Assembly (NCBI RefSeq): GCF_018350175.1
Contig: NC_058368.1
Coordinates: 107,944,001-108,008,000 of the forward strand
DNA length: 64,000 nucleotides
Reading direction: 5' to 3'
Origin: Felis catus
Lineage: Eukaryota
Positions within the stretch are counted from its first letter, which is position 1. Every line of letters begins with the position of its first letter. Under the pieces are notes generated by a model, which made no database searches, was not told the DNA's origin, and saw only the letters and a program-made list of their open reading frames with translations. Below, piece after piece: positions 50,448-63,106 of this stretch. The position numbers and the translations under genes were made by a program.

Positions 50448-51909
50448 GTTCTTGGTCAAAAGAGTCATCTTCAGTATCTCATACTGTGTGTCAATCATTT
50501 TTTGGTGATGTGCTCAGCGATGTGCTCTGTCACCATGGTGGTGCTGATATTAAGTAAATATCCATTTAAAACTGATGAAAAGTCACTCAAAATCACTATA
50601 CCCTAGAGATCCTTAAAGACTAGGAAATGTACACTAGTTCTTAAGAGAATAATTTGGAGGGGGGGCAACTATCTGAGCAAACACAATACTTTTGTTTGGG
50701 CTTTAAAGAAGAAACAGAGGCTCACATACGGTGGTCTCCAGTGAACTTCCTAGGAAAAGGAAAATAGAGGAATATTTGCAGACTCAGAATACCTGCTGTT
50801 GAGAACATGGAAATTGTATATGTATTCTTTGATTATCATGAAAGCTCGGCTTCACAGTAAATCAATATCACAGCGTCAGTAAAGGACTCCTTTCCTTCCC
50901 AAACAAGTATGTGAAAGAGGAGAGCAAGGAAACCAATAGAAAAGTGGCATAATTAGAACTTCTACAAGTCAACTTCTTTGGTCAACAACATCATAGATCC
51001 AAAGCAGTGATGTCATGGAAATTGAGCCAAGGGGATATATCTGAATCATGTACTCAGATAATTGATTGGTGATATAATGAAAATGTTAAGTCAGATTCTT
51101 CTTTTCACTTTTGAACCACAACACAATAAAACAATCTCAAAATAAAACAATCTCAATAAAATAAAATAATAAAATAAAACTTCTTAATATTTCATCATAA
51201 TTACTCCATACAAATTCACAAGCCTAAATGGTACATAATGTTGTCAGTAAAGAAGACACAGAGTGGATTAATCATTTTCCCTCTTAGTCCCATTACCCAT
51301 AGGAAGCTATTCAGTAGCCCTTTAACTGTTCTGTGGACTTGTATATGTGATAATCTGGGCAGATAAACTCTTAAATCTTTAGCCTTAAATCTTAAGGTAA
51401 TTCTAATCAGGCCAGACCCTTGGACATCTATCTCTTGGGATAGAAGTTGACAGCTCTTATGGTGAGTATCCAACAGAGATCAGTAGATATTTGTCAAAAC
51501 CTCTCGACCTAATGCAGAGGGATGGTTGGTGCCTTCTTGGCAGAAGCATTTTCCAGAAGTCTGGGAAGAAGATCAGGGATATGAATTTGTGGTTTCAATC
51601 CATTCTGGACAGAATAAAAGCAAATCTTAAACTCATTTCTCTGCAAATGCCCTACACTCCTCACAGAATATTCGAAGACTTGAGGCTCAAAAGGAGGTAG
51701 GACTACAAGAGCCCTTTGGGCACTCCAGCAGAAACTTCTGACTGACTACCCAAGCCTATAATCTTCTCCAGAAGGACAGATGATATCTTCTTCCTGACTT
51801 TATTATGGTCCATTCAAGGCATTGGGGAAGAACATAATGCCAGTCTTAAAGTGTTCAGTAGTCAAAATCATATGTAAGGCTTTTAGGTCAAGTCAGCTGG
51901 GCCTAACTT

Positions 51910-52870
51910 TTCATTCATTCTGTATTTACTGAATCATTCATTCAGTTGGCTGACTGACAAATGAGTTTGAGAGCTGCTTTATCTGCATTGGGGATATAGA
52001 GAATAATGGATAGCCTCTATTTCAAAGGAAGAATTATAAACATCAGACACAGACAACTGCACCATATATGAGCATAGACATTGCTTTTGATTCAGCCATG
52101 GAGAAATCACTTCAAATAGAGCAGTCAGGGAAGATTCAATTTTTAAAAATGATACCAGGGCTCAATTTGGACAGGTGATTAACATGGGAATATAGAGAAA
52201 AAACAGCAGATAAAGAAGGTGTGAAAAAGTACCAAGGCATGAATGTGTTGCCAAACCTGCTGTAGAGGATCGTGATATTAGTGTAATAGAGGACATCATT
52301 GGAAATGTGTTGGAATGAGACTGAAATGCTTGAACTCCAACTTGGGCTTCATCTTCTAAATAACAGGAACATCCTAAATGTTCTTGAGTAATGGAATTAG
52401 AATATCTTTGAACTGGAAATGCTGTTAGAGATCTAAGCAGTACTCTCAGAAGTTTATTATGAAAATGGTGACTGGTTAGATTAGAGGACAGAGAGCCTGG
52501 AGGTGAAAAGATAAGAGATAGAAGATAAGGATATATACTATAGTGATGACTGCAGAAGTCAAATTAAGGAGTCTAATATGAAAGAAGCTATGGAGGAAGA
52601 ACTGAGAGGCTTTAGTGACTGATTATGACATAGAAGGAAGAAGGAATCTAAGATGACTCCAAAGTTTCAACACTAGGTAAACTCACCATAAAAAGAAGTC
52701 GAAAAAGGATGGGGGCCAGTCAATGATGACTCTTACGATTAAGTTCAACTGAGGTGAGCAGGATATCCAAATGTATTTCCACTAAGTGGTTGGAGTTTTA
52801 TGACTGAAATTCAGAAGTGTTCAAAGTTAGGGATGTGGATTTGGAAGTCATCTGTGTCAAGGGTTCTGCC
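51910..52870 (-). mobile_element. L2 fragment
   Basis: tcattcattc start; aagatgactccaaagtttc; gatttggaagtcatc. Confidence 0.7.
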
Positions 52871-53223
52871 AATATTGAAATTATAGTCTGAGAATAGCCA
52901 CTGACTTCTGAAAATCCACAGATATTGTGGCTCTTTTCTGTGGACACACAAAATCATTCCCTATGTTTTTTATTATCCCAAGAGAGAGAAGAGCAGGCAG
53001 ACTATATTCTATTATTACTACCTTTTTTTAAGAAATCACAATAAATATAATAAAGGCAGTATATATAATGCAGAACAATAAAGCCTATTCTTATTTGTAT
53101 TTCCTGTGTCTTGCACACAGTAGGTGGCCCTGAAATACCTGTGGATTAAATTAAAATTACAGATACAATTTGAGATGATTAACACACCTTAAAAAGGCAT
53201 TGAGTAGGATGTACAGTGTTCAG

Positions 53224-53438
53224 TTTTTTGTTTATTTTGAGAGAGAAAGAGAGAGAGCACGTATGCATGCACAAGAGCAGGGAATGGGCAGAGAGACAGG
53301 GAGAGAGAAAGAATCCTAAGCAGGCTCTAAGCTGTCAGCACAGAGCCCAACGTGGGACTAAAACTCATGAACCATGAGATCATGACCTGAGCCAGAATCA
53401 AGAGCCAGATGCTTAAATGACTAAGCCATCCAGGCACC
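53224..53438 (-). mobile_element. CanSINE
   Basis: Antisense SINE. Confidence 0.95.
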
Positions 53439-53947
53439 ATTACACTGTACAATTTTTATCATAGGTACCTGTTGTTGAGAAGATAGAAACAGCCCACAGC
53501 AAGTGGAAAAACTCTGGTCATGTCTTTTTCCAAAAGGAATGAAAAAATACGAATTCTTCCTTTGGTACCTTAATCATTAGTAACAGTTTGGGGGTCAAAA
53601 AAAATCAACCCTAAATCATTATCATCATCATTAATCTTCTGAGGCAGTGCTTAGAGCTATGCCATAAAATTTAGTATCTGCTTATATATATTCCTTTCCT
53701 TTTTTCTCTAAATCATAGAATCAAAATTTTACAACTGGGAAAACCTTAGTGCTTATCCATTTTCAATGGCACAAATTTAAAATGTTAACAGTTATTAATA
53801 TCTAAGGGCTTATCCATCAGCCTCAAACTGTACTTTTGTAAAGTCTATATTCTTTACTTGATTGAAATCCCCCATTTTAGCAGTGTTCTATACATGGTAT
53901 TTAACAAATACTTGTTGATTTGTATGTGAGTCTATCAAATAAGCCCT

Positions 53948-53948
<1 letters not shown>

Positions 53949-53983
<35 letters not shown>
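53949..53983. repeat. (CA)n microsatellite
   Basis: Seen directly. Confidence 0.95.
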
Positions 53984-53985
<2 letters not shown>

Positions 53986-54013
53986 CACTGTAACTTGCTC
54001 AAAACAGGGATTA

Positions 54014-54758
54014 AACAAAATCACACTCAGATATCACCTCACGCCAGTCAGAGTGGCCAAAGTGAACAAATCAGGAGACTATAGATGCTGGAGAGGATGT
54101 GGAGAAACGGGAACCCTCTTGCACTGTTGGTGGGAATGCAAACTGGTGCAGCCACTCTGGAAAACAGTGTGGAGGCTCCTCAAAAAATTCAAAATAGACC
54201 TACCCTATGACCCAGCAGTAGCACTGCTAGGAATTTATCCAAGGGATACAGGAGTACTGATGCATAGGGGCACTTGTACCCCAATGTTTATAGCAGCACT
54301 CTCAACAATAGCCAAATTGTGGAAAAAGCCTAAATGTCCATCAACTGATGAATGGATAAAGAAATTGTGGTTTATATACACGATGAAGTACTATGTGGCA
54401 ATGAGAAAGAATGAAATATGGCCCTTTGTAGCAACGTGGATGGAACTGGAGAGTGTGATGCTAAGTGAAATAAGCCATACAGAGAAAGACAGATACCATA
54501 TGTTTTCACTCTTATGTGGATCCTGAGAAACTTAACGGAAACCCATAGGGGAAGGGAAGAAAAAAAAAAAAGAGGTTAGAGTGGGAGAGAGCCAAAGCAT
54601 AAGAGACTCTTAAAAACTGAGAACAAACTGAGGGTTGATGGGGGGTGGGAGGGAGAGGAGGGTAGGTGATGGGCTTTGAAGAGGGCATCTTTTGGGATGA
54701 GCACTGGGTGTTGTATGGAAACTAATTTGGCAATAAATTTCATATAATAAAAAAAAAC
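54014..54758 (+). mobile_element. Young 5'-truncated felid L1 (L1_Fc-like)
   Basis: Open ORF2 C-terminus with Cys/His motif [18 protein letters not shown] to stop at 54526; 3' UTR; polyA; TSD aaaacagggatta at 54001-54013 and 54759-54771. Confidence 0.95.
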
Positions 54759-55699
54759 AAAACAGGGATTAGAAAGTCGGGGGGGGGGCAGGGGAGGCGG
54801 GAGGAGGGGGGCATTAATTAAATCATAGAAAAATACTGGTGGTATCAGGAAGGTCCTCGGCTTTATGAAGAACAAGATAGCTAAGTAAATGTTTTCTTTT
54901 ATCGGTGCTTTTCTGAAAGATTGCCAAGATGGAAAAGAAGAGTTAATAGTGAGTGATTAGGTTTACATTCAAATAGCCATTGTAATATTGCACCCATATA
55001 TGGTCATTTGCTATATTTTTTAATTTTTTTAATTTATCCATGTCCACCTCAGAGACCTATCTACAGATTACTCTAGAATTCAAGCTGTAGGGAGAGCCTC
55101 AACAAAATGTCTGGATCCCCGGGTAAGTGTTAAACAATGGCTGTGGAAACAACATGTAAGCCTCAGATGCAGCCTTTTATAATTTCTCTTCTACCTGTAA
55201 GGAGTGAAAAAAAACAACAGCAGCATCAACCTGATGGTTTCTCAAGGGATTGCTCTCAGGCACAAAAGCAACATCAGTGGTTGTCTCAACCGCAAGGCTA
55301 GGTTTCTCTTCCCTTCCACAGAGGAAAGCATCAAACTAAATGAAGGGCAGTTATACAGAGTAAACATTAAATTGTTGCCCTTCTGATTATACTAAACATA
55401 TACGCACACAAAATGCTCAGAGAGCATGAAAGTGCTTCAGGAAGGAGCCGTTAAATTTAATAAGCACGACTGCAAACAAAGAGTTCACAGGGTTTCATTA
55501 TTAGGTTGCAGATTCCAGCAAGGTGAAGGCCAGCAGACCTAGCATTCTAATAGCTCAGCTTGACTAGTGTTCATTTCACAGTGCTGCTCTGCCCTGCTGT
55601 GGGAACACTGAGAAGTGCATGAAAAGACTCAGAATCAACTAATAGAAATGCCTTAAGTCAGATAAACAGGCAAAGCACAAATGAAAAAGAGGGTTCTCT

Positions 55700-55759
55700 T
55701 TTTCTTTTTAAGTTTATTATTTATTTTGAGAGAGACAGAGAGAGTGTGAGTGCCAGGAG

Positions 55760-55809
<50 letters not shown>

Positions 55810-55937
55810 CTCAAACAGGCTCCATGCTGTCAGTGGGGAGTCTGCCGTGGGGCTCAAACTCAGGAAACTGTGAGATCACGACCTGAGCCGAGATCAAGAT
55901 TTGAATGCTCAATCGACTGAACCACCCAGGTGTCCCC
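55700..55937 (-). mobile_element. CanSINE with long (GA)n
   Basis: TSD agagg(g/c)ttctctttt. Confidence 0.95.
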
Positions 55938-56179
55938 AGAGGCTTCTCTTTTAAGAAGAAATCCGCACTAAATATTCATATTTCTGAGCATAGTATTATT
56001 GGACATAAAAGGAGAATATGTAAATGACTTAGAGGGAAAGTGGCAAATATCAAATTGTTTTTAATTCATTCACTTATAAGGTGGAATTTAATGTTCCTAC
56101 ATGCTTCTAATTTTTCCAAGGTAAGATCTTTGAAGCTGTGTAAAACATAATATGGTTTAAATGTGAGAGGCAGGGATAA

Positions 56180-56465
56180 CAATAATAATTAACATTAGTT
56201 GAGCCATTACTATCTATCAGATACCAGACAAATATTTATTTGATCTTCACAACCAACTCATGACACGGAGCACCAGCTCTTGATACTTTTCAAAGTGCTT
56301 TTCCATAAGTGTTTTCTGTTGCTCCCTACACAGTGCTGTGAGGGAGACAGGAAACCTCATGGTATGCAAGACACCTAAAGACCTTGAGCTGAACAGATAG
56401 ACCTCAGGTGATGCTCAGCACCAGAGTCCAGGTATCCTAACTCCCAGGGCAGTATTCATTTTACT
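56180..56465 (-). mobile_element. MIR fragments
   Basis: aataataattaacattagttgagc...tttgatcttcacaac...ccaggtatcctaactcc. Confidence 0.6.
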
Positions 56466-57100
56466 TGCACAAAGATGTTGGGTTTACAGCCTAAAGAAAA
56501 ACTATCAACCCAACTCATCTTGGCTCAGAAATGCCTATCAAAACTGAATAAGCAGAAAGCATTATGACTGCATCTTACAATGACAGGTTTTCTCTTTACT
56601 GTTTTTAACATTGGAAGAAAAGAATGCTGACTAATTAGGCATAATGGTTCATTCTGTTATACACTAAGCAGACTCAGTTTAAGGTAAGATAATTAGCATT
56701 AAGCCCCATCTGAAGACCCAAAATTAAGCTGAACTTTTCCATTTTTTCTCCATTGATATGATCTACTTAATTATGTCCAGTTCCTAACATCTAGACATTC
56801 ATATGAGACTTCCCAAGGAGCTGATATGACTTGGTCTTGACAAGCTGTCCACTTTCAGTCTGGTTTTTGTTTGCCTTTGTTTTTGTTTTTTTTTATGTTT
56901 ACATTTTGTTGTTCGGGTTTGGTTTCCTTTCTGTCTGTTTGGAGCAAACAACGGCCATCATTTAGATCTTTAACTTTTAATCTTGTGGTGAATTGTACTT
57001 GAAAACTGCATTCTAAATTTAGCTAGATTTCCCCAACAAGCTCCTCCAGATCAAGACATTTTATATATTTTATATTTTCAAAAATAAAATTCGCAGCTTC

Positions 57101-57307
57101 AGGGCGCCTGGTGGCTCAGTCGGTTAATCTTCTGAACTCGGCTCCGGTCATGATCTCACATTTGGTGAGTCAGAGCGCCGCATGGGCCTCTGTGCTGACA
57201 GCTCAGAGCCCGGAGCCTGCTTCGATTATGTGTCTCCCTCCCTCTCTGCCCATCTCCCACTCGCACTCTCTCTCTCTCTCTCAAAAATAAATAAACATTA
57301 AAAAAAA
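57101..57307 (+). mobile_element. CanSINE
   Basis: SINE consensus. Confidence 0.95.
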
Positions 57308-57498
57308 TTTTTTTTTCATTCCCAGCTTCAGGCTGACCATTCTCATGTGAGTTTGCAACTACAAACATAAATTAACAAATGCAAGGTCTAGGATAAAATT
57401 AACATGGACTTGGCAGAACACTCTTCCAAACTGATAGGTGGGTTACAAAAGTTGATTTCCAAGTGAGTTGTATGGAAATTGTGATGGGTTTTCCCAAA

Positions 57499-57698
57499 TT
57501 TTTTTTTTAACGTTTTATTTATTTTTGAGACAGGGAGAGACAGAGCATGAACAGGGGAGGGGCAGAGAGAGGGAGACACAGAATCTGAAACAGGCTCCAG
57601 GCTCTGAGCTGTCAGCACAGAGCCCGAACTCACGGACCGAGAGATCATGACCTGAGCTGAAGTCGGACGCTTAACCGACTGAGCCACCCAGGCGCCCC
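57499..57698 (-). mobile_element. CanSINE
   Basis: TSD gggttttcccaaatt. Confidence 0.95.
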
Positions 57699-57776
57699 GG
57701 GTTTTCCCAAATTAAAGTTGGTACTAATAGCATTTATTTTTAGTAGAGCTTATTTATTTAAAAAAAAAATTGTGTA

Positions 57777-57917
57777 GGGGTGCATGGGTGGTTCAGTCGG
57801 TTAAGTGTCCAACTTCAGCTCAGGTCATGATCTCACGGTTTGTGAGTTCAGGCCCCACGTGGGACTCTGTGCTGACAGCTCAGAGCCTGGAGCCTGCTTT
57901 GGATTCTGTGCTCTCTG

Positions 57918-57948
<31 letters not shown>

Positions 57949-58004
57949 GCCCCTCCCCCCACTCACACTCTGTCTCTCAAAAACAAATGAACATTAAAAA
58001 AAAA
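57777..58004 (+). mobile_element. CanSINE
   Basis: SINE consensus. Confidence 0.95.
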
Positions 58005-58565
58005 GTATTTTTTTTTTTTTAATTTTGTATCATTCAGCTCCTGCAAGAAGGGTCCCTATGCCGGCTATGAACCTTCACTGGGCTCACCCCTCTGCCTGGG
58101 GCATGGAGCCAGGAGTCTGCAGAGCAATGGGGATGTGCCCACCCAGAGTCTGCCCCCTTCCACTGGCACCTGGGCTCCCTGGTTCAGCAGGGGTGGGGGT
58201 CACAAGTCCTTTACAGGGAGATAGAAGAGGAGAGTGCTTGTGAGAGCCAGGGTATAAACACCCTGTGTATTGCCTCAGGGGAAAAGCAGGAAAAAATGGG
58301 GTGGCCCTAGAGCTGGGTTGAGGACCAGCCCTCCCGGCAATCCCACATTCTAGGGAAACCTGCTAAGAGTCTGAAAAATTCAAATCTAGTCTTCCTTACA
58401 AAGGTGTATCTGCAAAGAAGGAGGCTAGAACAGAATATTTTATTCAAATTTTTGTGAGCTAGATTTTTTTAAACAAAAGGAGCAAACAAAACTTGGCAAA
58501 TTACAGAACCAGGCAACCTATATAAGAAGCACTAATAAAAACTAGTAAGTATATAAAAATGAGTT

Positions 58566-58655
58566 GGGGCACCTGGCTGGCTCCATCAGTGGTGCGTGCA
58601 ACTCTTGATCTTGGGGTTGTGAGTTCAAGCCCCACATTAGGTGTAGAGAGTACTT
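58566..58655 (+). mobile_element. Short older CanSINE
   Basis: ggggcacctggctggctc...gagttcaagccccac. Confidence 0.85.
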
Positions 58656-58675
58656 AAAGAATCTTTTTAAAAAAA

Positions 58676-58888
58676 ATTTTTTTTTCAACGTTTGTTTATT
58701 TTTGGGACAGAGAGAGACAGAGCATGAACGGGGGAGGGGCAGAGAGAGAGGGAGACACAGAATCGGAAACAGGCTCCAGGCTCTGAGCCATCGGCCCAGA
58801 GCCTGACGCAGGGCTCGAACTCACGGACCGCGAGATCGTGACCTGGTTGAAGTCGGACGCTTAACCGACTGCGCCATCCAGGCGCCCC
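58676..58888 (-). mobile_element. Young felid SINE inserted in tail of previous SINE
   Basis: CpG-rich; TSD taaagaatctttt. Confidence 0.95.
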
Positions 58889-59012
58889 GTAAAGAATCTT
58901 TTTTTAAAAAATGAGTTCAACCTGGAGAAAATGATACAAATTGGTCAGTGAGTCACCTTTTCTGCCTATAAGATTGCCAGTAGTTAAAAGATTGATAAAA
59001 TGCAATGTTGGA

Positions 59013-59136
59013 GGGGCACCTGGGTGGCTCAGTCAGTTAAGCATCCAACTCTTGATTTTGGCTCAGGTCATGATCTCATTGTTTGTGGGATCAAGCCCTG
59101 TGTTGGGCTCTGTCCTGGCAGCACAGATCCTGCTTA

Positions 59137-59184
<48 letters not shown>

Positions 59185-59240
59185 TGTCCCTCCTCCACTT
59201 GTTCTCTCTCTGTCTCTCTCAAAATAAACAAACATTTTTT
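59013..59240 (+). mobile_element. CanSINE
   Basis: TSD aatgcaatgtt. Confidence 0.95.
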
Positions 59241-59259
59241 TAATGCAATGTTAGAGTGA

Positions 59260-60232
59260 AAATACCACACACAGAATAGGAAAAGTTATTTGCAAACTAT
59301 ACATCTGATAAGGGACTTATATATGCAGAATATATAAAGAACTCCTACGACTCAACAGTAAAAAGATTACCCAGTTAAGATGAGTAAAAGATCTAAATAG
59401 ACATTTCCCCAAAGAAGGTATGTAAATGGCCTCAATGCACATAGTGAAAAGTTGCTTAACTTCATTATTCATTAGGGAAGTGCAAATCAAAATCACAAGG
59501 AAATACCACCTTTACCCATTGTGATAGCTAGACTCAAAGACAGACAGTCACTGGTGAGGATGTGGAAAACTCAGAACCCTCATTTATCACTGATGGGAAT
59601 GTAAAATGGTACAGGCACATTTGACAGCAGTTCTGCAGTTTCTTTAGCAAGTTAAACATAAAGTTACCATATGCCCCAGCAATTCCACTCCTAGGGATAC
59701 CCCCAAGAGAAACAAAAACATGTCTCCTCAGAAAAACTTGCACCCAAATGTTGACAGCAGCATTACATGCATAATAACCAAAAAGTGGAAGCAACCCAAA
59801 TGTCTACCAACTGATACATAGATATACTAAATGGGTTATATCCATTTAATGGAATATTATTCAAACATAAAGAGAAGTGAAGTACTGATACACACTACAA
59901 CATGGATGAACTTTGAAGACATTAGTCTCAGTTAAAACAGCCAGACACAAAAGATCATATATTTTATGATTCCATTTATGTGAAATATGCAGACTAGCAA
60001 ATCTATAGAGACAGAGAATCGGTGGCTGTCTAGGGCTGAAAGATCAGGAGAAAGGGGTAATTAGGGAGTGGCTCCAAATGGGGAGTTTCTTTTGGTAGTG
60101 AAGACAATGCTCTCAAATTATATTGTGATGATGGTTATACAGCTCTGTGAATACATGAAGAACCATTGAATTATACATTTTAAATTGGTGCATTTTTCAG
60201 TATGTGATTTATATTTCAATAAAGCTACCTTT
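59260..60232 (+). mobile_element. L1MB-like 3' portion
   Basis: atctgataagggactta...gttaccatatgccccagcaattccactcc...atatttcaataaagct. Confidence 0.9.
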
Positions 60233-60272
60233 TAAAATACAGTGCTGGTAATTATACTGCATAAAAGATACT

Positions 60273-60479
60273 CTTTTTTTAATTTTTGTAAATATTTATT
60301 TTTGAGAGACAGAGAGAGAGAATGAGCAGGGGAGGGGCAGAGAGAGAGGGAGACAGGGGATCCAAAGTGGGCTCTACACTGTAAGCAGAGAGCCCAATGC
60401 GGGGCTCAAACTTACCAGCCATGAGATCATGACCTGAGCTGAAGTTGGACACATAACTGACTAAACCTCCTAGGTGCCT
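60273..60479 (-). mobile_element. CanSINE
   Basis: Antisense SINE; TSD-like tgcataaa. Confidence 0.9.
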
Positions 60480-60544
60480 GCATAAATGATATTCTTATAT
60501 ACTGCTACAAACATACAACCTTTTTCTATTTTTTAAAGTCACGG

Positions 60545-60763
60545 TTTATTTCTTCTTAATGTTTATTTATTTTGAGAGAGAGAGAGAGAGACAGAGCACA
60601 AGGAGGGAAGGGTCAGAGAGGGAGGGACACACAGAATCTGAAGCAGGCTCCAGGCTCTAAGCTGTCAGCACAGAACCCGACACAGGGCTTGAACTCACAA
60701 ACCGTGAGATTATGACCTGAGCCGAAGTCAGATGCTCAACTGACTGAACCACCAAGTTGACCC
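60545..60763 (-). mobile_element. CanSINE
   Basis: Antisense SINE. Confidence 0.9.
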
Positions 60764-60942
60764 AAAATATATTGCCTTTAAATCAGATAATTTCTTTCAA
60801 AACATAATGTGCACATGTTTTGACCTAGAAATTCCGATTCTAGACATTTCTCCTATTTGCACATATTTGTACACATTTACGAAAGCTTATACAAAGATGT
60901 TTGCCACGAATGTTATAACAGTTAAATATAGAAATCAACCTA

Positions 60943-61127
60943 GGGGCTCCTGGGTGGCTCAGTTGGTTAAGTGCCCAACTCTTAATTTTGGCTCAGGTTA
61001 TGATCTCACAGTTTGTGAGTTTAAGTCCACATTGGGCTCTGCTGACCATGCAGAGCCTGCTTGGGATTCTCTGTCTCCTTCTCTCTGCCCCTCTCCCACT
61101 TGCTCTCTATCTCTCTCTCTCTCAAAA

Positions 61128-61170
<43 letters not shown>

Positions 61171-61195
61171 ATATTAAAAAAAAAACAACAAAAAA
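60943..61195 (+). mobile_element. CanSINE with (TAAA)n tail
   Basis: SINE consensus with tetranucleotide tail. Confidence 0.95.
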
Positions 61196-61415
61196 ACTTT
61201 GTCTTAGCTTCAAGTTTTATCTGTTGTGTTTTTGAGATAACCACCTCTAACCACATGTCCTGATAAACAGCTTTATCCTCTTTTTGTCCCCTCAAGACTT
61301 CTTTTACCATTAAGATTTAGAAACTGTCTCTTTTTTTCTCATTTTAAACAATGCTGAACTTTTAGTGTATAATTTATTTTATGTCTGCCTAATGTGATAC
61401 CATGCAACAATTTCG

Positions 61416-61617
61416 GTTTTTTTAATGTTTATTTATTTATTTTGAGAGAGAAAGAGCAAGTAGGGGAGGGGCAGGGAGAGGGAGACAGAATCCCAGACAG
61501 TCTCTACACTGTCAGCGCAGAGCCTGATGTGGGGCTTGAACCCACAAACTGCGAGATCATGACCTGAGCTGCAACCAAGAGTTGGACGCTTAACTGACTC
61601 AGCCACCTAGAAGCCCC
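61416..61617 (-). mobile_element. CanSINE
   Basis: Antisense SINE. Confidence 0.95.
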
Positions 61618-61626
61618 TTTAAAAAA

Positions 61627-61833
61627 TTTTTTTAACATTTATTTACTTCTAAGTGACAGAGAGAGACAGAGCATGAGCTGGGGAAAGGCAGAGAGAGGGA
61701 GACACAGAATCTGAAACAGGCTCCAGGCTCTGAGCTGTCAGCACAGAGCCTGACATGGGGCTCAAATCCATGCACCCTGAAATCATGATTTGAGCCAGTC
61801 TGGTGCTTAACCAACTGAGCCACCCAGGGGCCT
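61627..61833 (-). mobile_element. CanSINE (tandem to previous)
   Basis: Antisense SINE. Confidence 0.95.
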
Positions 61834-62612
61834 CTAAATTTTAACTAATCATGGTACTCTGATATGGAAAGATCTTTAAGACATATTGTTCAGTGAAAAA
61901 CATATTTGTATCTATGTATATATATACGCTTATAACTAGGAGGCAAGAAGGAATTGAGATAAAAAAGTGGATTGTGTTTTTTCTGTATATACCCAAATTG
62001 TTTGACATTTTTCTAATGTGCATTAACTCATGCATTTCTTATATAATCTCTGATGTGGCCAAATAGATTATCCCAGGAGCAGAGTCCCATGCACCTCAAG
62101 AAGAATACACAAAAGGACTCACCCTAACTATAAATGAGTAGTTTATTCAACCCTCTAGATTTTTCATGTTTTTAATGATATTCATTAACTCAAGTTAATT
62201 TTCATTTTGTCGAATTTCATGCAGTTAAAAAAAATGAAATAAAACATGGAGGAAAATGGGGCATTTGAGGGGGTGCAGTGTAAGAGTATGTAGAGGTATG
62301 GATAAGGCCAGGAGCATCTCTCAAGAATTACCTCCCTCAATTTTTTTTCTGCTTTACCCAGCTGCTACTCTTCACTTAAGAACCCATAGATTAGCTAGAT
62401 TCCAATTCTATCAGAGGTGATAACGTTCTTATAACCAAAGTAGAGGGTGTGTGCTTGTGCACACACATCTTCATAAAACATTTATAAAATAATTAGAATC
62501 AATACTTTCCTCCAAAAGTTAAGGTAATAAATTTTAGAGCCACCTGAAAAGGAAAAACACATCCTATCCTTAACCCAGCTCTATTCACCATTCAGCTAAG
62601 CAAGTTTTCATA

Positions 62613-63106
62613 TGTTAAAGGAAAAGCAAATATGCAGTGACCTTTTCAAGATGGTAAGGGAACTTATTCAAAGGGAGCCGCTACAATGAAGTTTTGTAGG
62701 TGGGGAGAGAAATCAGGCTCAACTCCAAATATGGCAGGGAAAAGTGGAAATTTATTGCCAATAAACCAGGTTGGAGTGGGAGAAAGTGGGCTTGGTGAAT
62801 GGAGTGTCATTAAGAGGAAACATCAAGGGTAAGAGAAGATTGTGGCTAAGCCCATCCAACAGGATTCTTGCTAAAAGCAGACCAGAGTGATCAGACACTG
62901 GAGAATCATGGGGAATGAGGAACCCACTCAGATATTGAAGGTGATCAGATATGGAAGGTGGGAGGTTCTGGTTAAACCAACTTGACAGGATTCTTGTTAA
63001 AATGTGGCAAAGCAGAGAAAGACACAGAAGTTCAAGTCGAGACCAGTTGAGAAAAAAAGTTCCAATGAGCCTGACTAAAGTGTGGTCAAGGGGAGACTCT
63101 TTGTCA
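62613..63106 (-). mobile_element. MER31-like ERV1 solo LTR
   Basis: Minus strand starts tgacaaagagtctccccttgacc...tttagtcaggctc; TG...CA; 4-bp TSD cata at 62609-62612 and 63107-63110. Confidence 0.85.

Noticed and set aside
54053..54526. 157-aa ORF as a host gene
   Set aside because: It is the L1 ORF2 C-terminus of a 5'-truncated insertion with no promoter or native start.
58030..58450. GC-richer block, possibly an old DNA transposon or LTR piece (similar unassigned blocks at ~3560-3990, ~30960-31720 and ~37360-37880)
   Set aside because: Could not assign family, ends or TSD with enough confidence to report.
3268..61823. Many ORFs with motifs such as GAWVAQSV, AQVMIS, SLEPASDS, LSLSLS or ERERE
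   Set aside because: They are translations of CanSINEs and their CT/GA tracts, not genes.
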